Made by a program: the position numbers and the translations under genes
Origin: Balanoglossus misakiensis
Lineage: Eukaryota > Animalia > Hemichordata
Length of the DNA stretch: 64,000 bases
NCBI GenBank assembly: GCA_040954595.2
Contig: CM082583.2
Location: forward strand, 5,950,849-6,014,848
Direction: 5' to 3'
Notes under the pieces: generated by a model
What the model was told of the DNA's origin: nothing
Database searches by the model: none
What the model saw: the letters and a program-made list of their open reading frames with translations, nothing else
In this document: positions 23,908 to 36,028 of the stretch, piece after piece
Layout: each line of letters opens with the position of its first letter
How positions within the stretch are numbered: position 1 is the first letter of the stretch

Positions 23908-26101
23908 ATGCAAGCCATGGAACCCGGCAATGAACTAGCGCCGCCACAGTACAACAAACCATGGTACAGGAAAGGAGTCAGTATCCCCAAGTTCATCTTC
24001 ATATCCACAGTCGCGCTCATTCTGGTGGCGATGTACTTTCCGCTCAACAGGGTTTTGGGAACCAGGAAAGAGCCGGGCGTTGTCGTAATCAGCGAGACGC
24101 AGGTGCACCATCTTGAACCGCACCAAGACTTCGTTGCAGTGTCGACTGGGGATGAAGAACACCAACCAGACCCGGTAAGTTGATTGCTCGCATAGTGAAA
24201 CCATGATTCCCATTATATAACGTGTACATAACTTGTTATCATATTGGACGTTGTGAAAGGCCCATCTTATTGTCTATTAAATTGCAATTTCAAGGAAATT
24301 TGTAGCTGCTGTGAATAAAGACTTGGTGTGGGGAATGGAGAAAACGTCTGCTTGCTAAAACAGATTTGTTGTCGTAGGAAATTTAGTCTCGAAATGAGTG
24401 ATGTCTTATAGTGATTATAGTATTTCCTACGACAAAAGCCAAATGATGAACACGACAACATACATGTACTCAAATATATATGTATGTCAGAATGCAGCTG
24501 GTTGCAACTGTCTTGTACAAGGACGAAGAGCTACTGTAATATTTGTGTTTTGAACTTTCTCGTCATATTTTCAGATTAAAAAACTGATCGGTGGCTTCGA
24601 CGACCATCTCGAGGAAATCAAACGACTCGAAGAGTACGAAAAGAACGTGACTGTTGAAATTGGCGAGGACGAGAACGAATACGAGAATTCGGGGTACTGC
24701 TCCAAGGAAGAGTATCCGGAGTACTTCATGCTCAGCGCGGAGGGCATCGAATTCCTGAAGCGAGACGGTCACCATGAAATTCACCTGCCCGCTTGTCAGC
24801 CCCTCACTCTGTACGTCTACGGCATGAGTTTGAAGAACACCCTCGTCCGTTGTCGGCCCTGGGTCGACATGCAGGCGCGGGTTCTGGGACCAGATTTGCA
24901 GTTCTACCCGGGAGCGAAGGCGTACTCCCTGAATTTCAACAATGCGCAAATCCAGTGGGCGCAGAAGGACAAGTTCGAGTTGCACATCCCTCCCCTTCAG
25001 CCGGGGATGTACTACTTGGAAATTCTGCTGGTTCACGACGAAAACGCACACCGCGTCATGTACGGCGAAATGATCAACACGCGCAGCTCACGGTGCATCG
25101 ACACGGGCGTCGCAGAAACTCCAGTCCCGCTGATTATTAGCGACGACAAACAGTGCCCGTTCTACAAGACGGACAGGACACCTTTGTGCAGATCGGGTGA
25201 TTTACCAGGCAGGTGGGTGACAGCGCCAGCAACGGGCTGCGACGGCGTGGTATGCGAAGGCAATCTCGACTTTATTGCCAGTTCCAGTCGCGTGTGGGCG
25301 CCCTACGATTGCCACTACAAAATTCACTCGCCCGAAGATTTCAAGCAGTGTTTCCGCGATAAAAAGATTCTTGTTGCGGGCGATTCCATCACGCAGGAAT
25401 TCGCCAACGAGCTCGTGCAGTTGTACATGTACAAGGACAGACTGCCATTATCAATTGAGATGACTCAAAAACACATGTCAATGCAGCGGTCCCTGGAAAC
25501 GTTCTGGCGGTCAATTAACGACGACCAAACCCTGATCGGCTACAGCATTGTCATGGCCAGCCCCCTGGGGTGTGGCATCGATTGCGTCCTCAAGCACTCC
25601 CCCGAAGAACTCCAGGAGTTGCTGCTGCACCACGGGAAGGTTGACGTTCTCCTAATATCGACCGGGGTGCACGAGGTGGCCCCATTGGACAGGCTCCACC
25701 CGAAGCAGAAGGACCTGTTCGTGGCGTACGAAAGGGGCCTGCCGGAATTCATCAGAAAGATGGAAGGCCTGGTCAAGGACGACGGAATGATACTGTGGAT
25801 GACGTCACCCGACGGAAGCGACCTCTCCCGGTGCAGTTACCACGCCAAGCCGCGCCTGGAACGGATCAACAACATCACCAAGCAGTTCGTGAAGGAGTAC
25901 ACCAACAACAACAACAGCACCTCGGTTGCCATTCACCTAATAGACTTTTTCACGGTGTCAGAAAACTGCCAGTGTGGCGATTTGCACAAGGGGCTGAGGT
26001 TTATGAATTATGAAAACAACAAAGACGCTAGCGAGAGTTACAATGGATTTGTGTCGCGCATGACGTTAAATATGGCGTTAACAATAGCCTGCGATTTATA
26101 G
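23908..26101 (+). CDS. NXPE/PC-esterase-like (SGNH superfamily) type II membrane protein, ~597 aa, putative O-acyltransferase/esterase
   Basis: join(23908..24174,24575..26101). TM FIFISTVALILVAMYFPL; Ig-like segment (ARVLGP..PGMYYLEILLVH); Cys-rich 'CRSGDLPGRWV..WAPYDC..FKQCFRDKKILVAGDS' with the GDS nucleophile; block-III-like STGVHE; C-terminal CGDLH. Acceptor for the first coding exon at 23873/23874. Confidence 0.85.
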
Positions 26102-26599
26102 CATGCACAAATTACTATGCTTCAAAATGTACCAATGACCATTAAAGGTATACGGTCACCAATGTTTTTTAGCTACATTCGTGATAACAAATTGAGATCT
26201 AGCCACCAATCACACATTTTTTAGTGGGTGGCACACGCGAAAAAAGAGCACCACCATATAACACTCAGATATACCATTTCAGCCATACATTCACGTATAC
26301 AGGCATATGTATATTGGAGGTGATCGTATACCATTAAGCGTCCGACCCATTTATCTGGTGACGCCTCAAAGCATAGCTCAAAATTAAAACACTGTCAATT
26401 TCCTGAATTTTACTTCATGTATTTTTATCATAATTTAAAAAAAACAGAAGAATAATGTGGAGGCGTCGTTGTTCTTGCTCTCCGTATGTCATGTCATATT
26501 TTACCATAGGAAAACCATGACATAGTGTTTTCTTTACCAATGTACATGTACATATAAGACTATGGGATGTGATAACCATGCACTGCATCTGAGTAGTCC

Positions 26600-26805
26600 C
26601 TAACTTGAGCACACCATCTCGCAAGATTGTCGTCGTTCGGTACAAGTTCGCAGTATGTGTGCGATGGTGTCTAAATTCGGCGATCTGAACTGGTATCTTC
26701 CCTCTGGGAGCGTGAAAGGGGTGACGCCTGTATGCCTGTACCAAAATTGAACACAACGAGAAGTTAAACAACGACAACAACAGCAGCAGCATTAAAATCA
26801 TCATC

Positions 26806-26851
<46 letters not shown>

Positions 26852-26855
26852 ACAA

Positions 26856-26928
<73 letters not shown>

Positions 26929-28049
26929 CGTTTACAATTTAACCCAGTGTGAACCTGGTATGTATACTTACGCGTCAGACCACTCTCACTTCGCCACGCT
27001 TCTCACATCCGGCAAGAGATTGGCGTGTGGCCCCCTGTACAGGCACTCCACAGAAGGCCTCTTGTGAATCAGCAAATTCAACGCCAGCAGCCACTCCGAG
27101 CGCTTTCTTTCGCTGCTGCTTGCGAGGACAATCGGTTTCAAATCGGAACAAAGGATAGCGAATGCGAAGTAACCGGGTTTTTGGCAAGCCACTGGTCCGA
27201 CGTAATCCACGCGTCCCAACGGAATCAGGGATTTCAAACGCAACGTCTTTCGTCGATTCAAATATGACGTTTTGCGAGAGTAGGCGAGTTGTTTTGGTTC
27301 CGCCTTGCAGTCGTCAAACAGCACAAAATATCGAGTGTACCATTTCTATAAAAAAAAAAACAGCGCATTAAACTTTTGAATGACACTTTCACCCTTGCAT
27401 ACCTTTCACCGCACACACGAAGTACATTAAGGGTCGTAGTATTTAAAGCATACATAGTTACGTAGTTTCCTGCCAAATGTTATATACTATACACAGTTAG
27501 AAACGGTTTATGAGTAACATGGAGAATTTGATGGCCGAATGAGAGTCCTTTCGCATAGGGCATGCTCTTGTATAATTTGTCTGACGCTCCTTATTCTAAA
27601 ACCCTGGCTGGCTGTCGACGGCGCAGCATGAAACACTGACATTCGCAAAAGTCCATCATACACCCCGACAAAGTCAACAACAATTTTACAACGGCTTAAC
27701 CACATCCGCCTGCATCTTCTCGTGCTGTCAGATTCACTCGGAAATCAAAACTACATGTAGGTTCATGAGTGCAAATTTGCCCCAGCACAGGTGTATGCTG
27801 TACCTTGCATACGCTGAATAAAAAAACACGTTTTGCCCTGAGATGACCAAAATGTTGCCAGCTTAAGCAGCCCCCATAAACACAACGTGCCAGGAAGCTC
27901 TTCGTGCCAAATAGACAATGTATATTCCCGTGTTAACCTTTTCTGCTGCCTATGTGCTAACGTACCTTGATAATTCTATCTTCTGGTCGCCAGATATGCA
28001 ACGTGCCTTCCTTCACAATGTGTTCAGTGCCTGCAGCTGGTGGAGCCAT
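26600..28049 (-). CDS. Small PH-domain protein (IRS/DOK/GAB-like PH), 147 or 191 aa depending on donor choice
   Basis: complement(join(26600..26735,26990..27345,27966..28049)), or stop at 26986. Kozak accaccATGG at 28049 (in-frame upstream ATG at 28130). PH strands IVKEGTLHIW / KWYTRYFVL / QLAYS / LIPLGRV / FAFAI / IVLASSSERKRSEWLLAL. Strong acceptor t(12)atag at 27346. Confidence 0.8.
26766..26925. repeat. (CAA)n/(CAT)n microsatellite in the PH-gene intron
   Basis: Visible; source of the poly-M ORF. Confidence 0.95.
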
Positions 28050-29626
28050 GGTGGTGAACGTGAGGAACAATGCTGATAATTTGATGCACCTTTTACCGGT
28101 CACTTTGCTTTTAAACACTGACAGCAACATCGCCGCGCACGTGTCGCTTGGGGCTTGCTACACTGACTGAGTTCAGACAAACAAGGACAATTACTCACAA
28201 TCGACCACCGCGGCTGATTTCCACCTCCTGAGAGTTCATTTTCTAGATCTAATAAAAGACATAATTTGCTGAACACCGCACGCATTGTCACCAAAACACC
28301 CACTACGGTTGATTAGATAGATGGATATACATGTAAGAGGAAACACCGTTCTTTGCGTGTGGCCCATTCTCATTTATTTTAATGATTGTCTAGAAAGTAA
28401 CAAATTGAAGTCGATGATATAATATAATATAATAGCAATAACCCCAGCAGATCTGGGTCGGTATACCACTGGATATTTAACTAATATGACATGTTATCGA
28501 TCTTTAGCCTTCACGGGGGAGAATCTCTGACCATAACAATATTGATATGCCCTAACCCGGCCGCAGTCAAGGCTAGGGTATCATCATTATTTTGATCAGA
28601 GAGCACCAGCCCGAGGGCAGGCTGTAATCGTGATGTTGTCTGGCGTGAAGAAAAGATGCGCAGAACCTAAAAACTGTCCCCAGCGGGCAATATCCCCTCA
28701 CTGCGCGCCGTATCCCCTACCTACGGGCCGTAGCCTCTGTCAACCTTGTAATACATTGTTTCACGTTTTTTTTCTGTGTCACGTGGTACGGTCTCAGCCA
28801 ATCAAGAGTACGGAATACAGCGTGAGGTGAAATAAAGCACAATATTCTCTTTATATGTGTGCGTTTTCAGAGTCTAACAAGGGGCTGGTAACTACATGAA
28901 AAATCTGCAGGACTATAAGCGCGCGCCCCCTGAGTATGGTTACAGGTCACACACGCCAGCGCTGGCCGCTGCTTTGCCGTGCCAGTGCGGCGGCCTATGG
29001 CCGGGTGGTAGCTGCTGTAACAAAACTCGGACAGGGGGTGCGCACGTAATCGTGCGTATTTTCAACTACATGTAGTTACAAGCACCTGGTCGGACGTTCA
29101 TAGTGGTTTTGTTCAAAGGTACATAGCAACGGGCAAAAAGATACGGGTGCCCCATCAGAGGACACATTTCGGTCTATTACGTAAAATAAACCAAAAACAA
29201 CAACAGCGAACATGTCGGTATTTTCACACGTAGTGCAATTATTTTTAAATTAAAATGATATTCAATCATTAAGCCCGGATCATAGTAAAATTTCGTAACG
29301 GAATGGATTTGAATACTGATTGGGCAATTAAAAGGTAATTATAAGGTGTTATGAAAAGTGTAGATTTTACTCGCTGAATTTAAATATGAATTAAGTCCAC
29401 TTTGTTTTCCAGCTCCGACACATAACGAGGAATTAGATATCATTTTGTTGAAGAACCTTATGTTTAAATCGTTCGGAGCTATCGCTATTACATATACTCT
29501 GAAAAATGGACAGTTTTAATTGCTAAGGCCGATGAAGGTTAATTGCACCCCATCGACTAGCTTTGTGGAAGAGAGATATTAATAGAAAGAACAGCGGGTC
29601 ATTTATTCATAAACCGCACGTATACG

Positions 29627-32600
29627 ATGGATGGACAAGCGCTTTCACCAGCACATCATGCGGTGGACGGAAGAGATTTGGCCAAACCAGCCAAGGAAGA
29701 CGATGCCCTCACGTATAGAGCTTTGATATGGAACGTTTTGGGGAACTCGACGGCGCACGGCTTGCCCAACATCCAGAGGGCGAAGAGCCGCCAGATGCGC
29801 GCCTTTTGGCTGCTGGCCTTCTCCGGCGCGATCGCGGTCTTCATCTGGATGAGCTACGGTCTGGTGGTGCAGTATCTGCGGTTCGACTTCGACGTCAGCC
29901 TTGAGCTCCATTTCGAGCGCGACTCGCCATTCCCCGCCGTCACCGTGTGCAACGTGAACCCGCTCAGGAAGTCGAGAGTGGCCGAGTATGGAGACCACAT
30001 CATACCACAGACGGGGGACAGAATCCGCCATTTTGGTGAGGCGAACAATCCGAACGGCGGCGAGACTACACCAGATGGACCGACTGAAAACAGCAGCAAC
30101 GACACCGAATCGTCGAACATTACACTGGTCAATGTTGACAATCAGGTAAGAAGAAAAGGAGGCCATGCACAGAACAAAGTACATTTGCATTTAAGGTATA
30201 GGGGTGTCACTCAATCACCGCACGTAAAACATGACACATTGATCAGTGGCTTCTTGCGGCCAAGTGAAATTCTAAACTATATTTAGACAAACGAATTCAC
30301 TCTTTGGCGTTTTTTTAATCGCAAGCCGCTACAAAACAATAGAAAAACCACTATAAAGCAATCACTTTCAAAAATGCTGAGTAAATCGAGAGGTTGGAAT
30401 CAGGATGTTGATATCGAAGTTCATAATTCGATGAATTGTGTAGTGAGGATGGAGGTACAAGAACGGTGACGTTGCTAAGATGGGGCACCGGTATCTTTTC
30501 GCCCGTTGCTATGGTGCAGTGGGCCTTTATTGGAGATGGTAACATGTTGAAAGAAGATGTGGCTTTCTTGTGTACATACGATGTTCAATACGAGCTGCAC
30601 TTCAGAGCTAACTGCAGTGATTGTAGCGGGTGTTCGCTGCACTATAGTGGTGCTGCGAACACAACCTATAGCAGCACCCGCTGCAATCATTGCAGCTATA
30701 TCAGAGCCAGACGCCCCGTCGAGATTTGCTGCTGAAACACACAGTTTTAATTAAAAGTAAACAAAACGAACGCTTCCAATTAAAATGGAAAATATCAAAC
30801 ACAAAGTGATTTCTAATTTGATTCGTTTGTCATACGTTAATCACATTTGCATATTAGCAATGTTTTCTAGAGAAAAATACATGTATAATTGTTTCACTTG
30901 CAAATCATTTTTCAGTACCTTTGGGGCAACGAATCGTGACACTGCGCATGAATTTGTTTATACTTTTGCTTTAGTATTATATATTTTTTTTAAACCCACA
31001 AAGATAAAAAGTGTGGGTTCCTTATCCTACGAGCTTGCTATGCCCTACTTGGAAACTCGTTTGCCATGGTCATTTGTTATGATCTTTAATCATAGTCAAT
31101 TTTGAACTTGTGGCAAATCTCAATGATTATGCGGCTTCTTTTAAGAGATATCTCTTGGACGATATTGGAAAATTTGATGAAAAGTAATAAAAACTTAATA
31201 TCTATGTCACATCCTTAAATTCTACTTGACAGACCACGGAAGCATCGGCACTGTCTCTTGAGTTTTCTTTGTCAGTCCAGCCAAATGTAATTTCACAGGT
31301 ATATGTCAACCTATACATTTGGTGGATTCATTATCGCTTGAAATAAAAGAACTCAACACACCCTCGCCCGACGCGTTAAAAAAAGAACCTTTAGCGCTGA
31401 ATATTAATGGTCTAATTACGTTTTTTGTCTTGCAATGTTTTTAAAGTGGTAAGTTGAGATTTGGTAAAGTTAGATGACGCGGCAGCACTCAAAACCGACA
31501 CTGATCATACGATGGAATTTAGCTGCCGCACATAAACGGATGTTACCCCTTGAATAGATGACCATTTTGCATGCTTCCCGCCGTTAAAACCTTGACGTTG
31601 CCATAAAAATCACGGGGAGTTATGAGAAAGGGATTGTGTATTCTGATCAAGCCGCTATGGAAAAACAAAGCCACTTGCCGCACGATACAAGACAGCGCAC
31701 GGGTCTCGGAGAAAGTGCGTCCCCGCCGCGCGGACATGAAAAACGCCCGGGATTCAACGACTTGTTTCGGAACATTTTGCGCGACTCCTCCGCGCACGGT
31801 TTGTCAAATATCCAGAGGGCGGAAAGTCCGCGCACGCAGGTGTTTTGGCTTCTCGCTTTCTTGGCTGCAGTCGGCAGCGTCGTGTGGGTGTGTTCAGGCC
31901 TGATTGAGCTGTACTTGCGATTCGACGTTGAGGTGCGCCTGGAGATTGGTTTCGGACGCGACGCGACTTTCCCCGCTGTCACGATCTGCAACCTTAACCC
32001 GCTTAGAAAATCTCGACTTAACGAGACAGGACAGACCCTCCCCGACCCGGCGAGACGGACGGGGGGTGGCAAGCGGGGTAAGGGCGGCCAGATGCCGCCG
32101 CGGAGAAGGGGTGGGCCCGCGATAACGCAGACGGAAAGAACAGACCAAGCGCTGACTGTAAATATTTCTCGGGAAAACACAACCGGCAACAGTGAGGTGA
32201 GAGGCGAACACGGTCTAGTCTCAACAATATCACATACTCTGACAATGATTTAAGAGAGTACCACCAAAATAACCAGGCATACCGGTATACATTCTACATG
32301 TATTTCCCTTTTCACTTTCACACAGAGCTTGGAAGACAATGACTACTGGGACGACATACACGAGTGGTACTACGATACTCCATCAACGCAGTGGCTTTTG
32401 TCCAAGCAATTGGAGCTCTCCGTTTCACACATCGACCACCAAACCAGAATAGAAATGGGCCACCAGCTAGAAGACATGCTGGTCGGTTGTCAGTGGAACA
32501 ACGTGCAGTGTTCACCAAGGTAATCAGGAATATTTGGCTGTTTTTATTTTTTTATTTTGTGTATCAACCAAAATTTCTTACCCTCGCTACTACGTGCAGG

Positions 32601-35600
32601 ATATCCCAGAATACCCAGTTTTCTGCTCCCCAACAAGTCATGTACTATGCATGAGTAGCGAATAACAGCGACCACCCCACCCTTACGTTGTTGACAAATG
32701 CGTTCACGATTCTGCATTCATGGGCGATATTTGCAATTATGCACGGTTATGTCCTTAGACAATCACCAACATTCCTTCAGTTGTTTGGACGATGCAACTT
32801 TTGACATGACGCAGTAATGGAAGAAGACACAATGCTAACGACTTGCATGTACCTATGAATCGTTTCAGTTCCAGGGTTGCCGAACGTGGCATGTAAATTT
32901 GACTATTGAATGTTTCCTATTCGTCCATACAGTAACTTCACGGCGTTTGTCAACACACTGTATGGTAACTGCTACACATTTAATGGCAACAGCGCCTCCA
33001 CGCCAGTATCAACCAACTTTGCGGGCGCTATTTATGGTATGGCATAGTTCTGTTGATTACCGATGTTGTTCATGGCTTTCATTGATTGGGGGGGGGGGGG
33101 GGGGGGGTAGTCAACGTGGTTGTTAAATCGATTCTCAAATCTATCAGTTTTTAATCAAGGATTTGTCTGTTTGCTTTTCAAAGTAATGAATCATCTATCA
33201 TTTGCGAACTTCTTTCGTGTATGTGGAAGTTATGCGCATAATGTTAAACAAATGACGTATTTTAAAGTCTGACTCTTTCTGCGTCATATTTCTATATAGG
33301 TTTGACATTGGAGCTTTTCATCGAACAGCGAGAATATCTAGACAACTTAACAGACTCGCCCGGGGCCCGTGTAACTATCCATCCCCAAGATGACATCCCC
33401 TTCCCAGAAGACTCGGGTTTCAACATCGAACCCGGGAAATTGACATCTGTCGGTATTGTGAAGGTGACGGCGAGATGCATTTGGATTCAATAGCTACTGT
33501 TCATCGTACATAGATATGGACACTCCTAGACCTGTGCTACACGTGCTATTTTACTACCTCCATGCATGCTCATGTGTCTAAAACAGCCTATTATATGTGT
33601 AAGTCTAAGAATTAACTATGTTCCGATTGCAGGGAAGTATAACGAGACTGCCCCACCCGTATACTGACTGTGTATCTGACGACATGACGACCCGTACAAC
33701 TGTCTTTGGAGATACGTACAGCGTGGCGGTAAGAAGGTCTTCGGACTGTCTGTCGTTTGTATTATTGCACTTCGTGATGGGATTTATCGTCGTGGTCGTC
33801 ACCATCATCATCATCACCACCACCACCATCATCACCACCACCACCACCTGTCCATTACTAACTTTTTACTGCTACCAACATATATTAGCGCGTTCATGAT
33901 CCGCTAATGAATTTAGTCATCACCCCAATCCCAAAACAGTTTGAAGTAATATTTAACCTTGTCATACCTATCTCCAGGCGTGTATGAAGAGTTGCTTAGC
34001 AACAGAGACTGCAGTGAGATGCAACTGTACAGACGCTAGATACCCAAAGCCAACTGGCTATGGAGATGTCCGACTCTGTCATTTCGATAACTTCGGCGAC
34101 AGTGAGTATATATGTGTGAATTTCAATCTTAGATCTTGATGGTATTATACCACGAATGTCATGTGACACATTCTTCCAGAGGTACTGTTCTAACAAAGCG
34201 TAAAAAAAAAACCGTTTCAGGGATATGTACTCGTGACGTTGATACTGAGTACCAGGCTAATGAACTACTTTGTGACTGCCCTCCAAAGTGCGAGTAAGTA
34301 CAGCTTAATCTTCGCCCGCATTAATCTTGCTGTATATTGGTTTGAACGCGTGGCACTTCGTGTCGCCACCAGTAAATGTGTGATTGTCAATGAATTATTA
34401 CAGTTTCTAACGGTCACACTAGCCTTTTCCACCAACTCAGGGAACGTTTATCTAACTTAGAGAATAATAAAGGAACGTACCTTTACATACACATTTGGTT
34501 TTAATTATTAAATTTATACAAACTTGATTTATAATAAAAGCATTTTTGTCTTTCAGCATGACCAGTTACAGCAAAGAAATGTCGATAACGACGTGGCCAG
34601 CTTTAAACTCCGAGGTGAAGTATGGTTTTAACCCAAATAAATTAAACTTTACGAATTGAAAATCAGCTCGTAATTGGCGAAACCAAACCGATGTCCCAAT
34701 TCTGTTGACCGATGGTAAAGTCACGACTGGTCTTGGTACAACTGTATGTTTGACTTCACTTTGTTTATCATATTATGAAAAAATGTCCATTTGCGGAAAA
34801 AGACACGGCAAAAATATTAGAAAAGATAGATGTAAACGAGTTGAATGCTACCTGTAAAACTGTAGCATATTTTCCTGTATGAATTTACGCCATTATTTGT
34901 TCCATAAACAGGAGTTTGTGCGCGAAGACTTAAAAAGGAAAAGTTCCAAACTGCGAAGTTTATTAGAAGAAGGAGAGCAACCACCTGGACAGGACTTGCT
35001 AAGGTAAAAAATCATTTTCATTTATTATTCCTCTGGCTTTCGCTTTTATATAGTTTACTTGGGTCAAATGCTCGATACAATTCAATGTATAGTAGTGCAT
35101 GTGGTCACATTCTATGCAAATAAGCATAATTACGCTGGTTTCATTTACATGTACATGTACTGCGTATATCTTGTGTAGTGCTAATATTGGTTCCTACGTG
35201 TGATTTCTCGCAACGTGTTTCAGTTGCGATACTGATGAAACCATACTCTATATTTTCTCTTTATCCTTCAATGAATATAGCATACAACAAACGGACATTA
35301 TTCCTTGCAACGAGTAACATTGTTGATGGTAACGATAGACGCTAAAATGTGCATTTAATTCCTCTCTTGGCTCTGAGTCAATTTTTTTGGCGCTTTAACT
35401 TTTTACAGGCAGAATGTGTTGAAGCTGCAGGTATACTTCCGCGACCTGAACCACTGTGACATCACCCAGTCACCTTCGTACACGGTAAGTTTACTACAAC
35501 AATATTGTGGTCAGGAAATACTTAGGATGAACGACTGAAAATGTAGACTGAAAATGTCTCCATGTAGGCTACGTTAGGCACGTTCTATATACGACTATAT

Positions 35601-36028
35601 CAGTACTCTGGCACAGCGAATAAACCGAGGTTAATCATTTTTATAATAACTTAATTTGTGTCTAGATTCTGGACTTACTCAGCGATATTGGTGGAAATCT
35701 TGGACTATGGATCGGCCTCTCCGTCTTGACCTTACTTGAGTTTCTTGAGTTCCTCTTCGACATGTCCACCCTCCTATATGTTCGATACCGGGCACGGAGA
35801 CGTTCCCGGTCGAACGTCCAGCAGTCCACCATTGGCCGGGAGCAGCAGCGGCCGTTTGACGGGAAAGATGGACACGCCATGTCCCCTCATGATGACAGGC
35901 GCGTCTTCTGTCCAGATAATAGAACGGACAATATTCGACTGGGCGGTGTCTACTTCACGCATGTCGGGGATCATCGCCAAGATGCCGGCGTCTACCTGTA
36001 CGGAGAAGAGGGTATTACAAAATGGTAG
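29627..36028 (+). CDS. DEG/ENaC (amiloride-sensitive sodium channel family) subunit, 620 aa using first exon 1a
   Basis: join(29627..30145,32326..32519,32933..33036,33300..33463,33633..33728,33978..34101,34221..34293,34557..34614,34912..35003,35409..35484,35666..36028). STAHG, TM1, FPAVTVCNVNP, GHQLEDMLVGC, YGNCYTFN, GLTLELFIEQ, Cys-rich thumb (CDCPPKC), LSDIGGNLGLWIGLSVLT. All phases consistent. Confidence 0.93.
31657..32196 (+). CDS. Alternative first coding exon 1b of the DEG/ENaC gene (627-aa isoform)
   Basis: ATG at 31657; SSAHG, TM1 (VFWLLAFLAAVGSVVWVCSGLI), FPAVTICNLNPLRKSR. Donor GAG|GTGAGA is phase 0, the same as exon 1a. Confidence 0.9.
33800..33848. repeat. (CAT/CAC)n microsatellite, intronic
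   Basis: Visible. Confidence 0.85.

Noticed and set aside
26415-26927. 170-aa poly-Met ORF
   Set aside because: Microsatellite artefact; the candidate exon there (26600-26735) is in a different frame.
26986-26988. In-frame TGA as selenocysteine
   Set aside because: No SECIS-like ATGA..AA..GA stem is visible downstream and the context is not redox-like.
27403-27837. Exon-like segments inside PH-gene intron 1 (GKTCFFIQRMQ; GNYVTMY...)
   Set aside because: Including them breaks the frame or the PH fold; the direct 27966->27345 join gives a clean domain.
30436-30735. Cys-rich 99-aa ORF between the ENaC first exons
   Set aside because: No ENaC homology and no suitable splice sites; it overlaps an inverted repeat.
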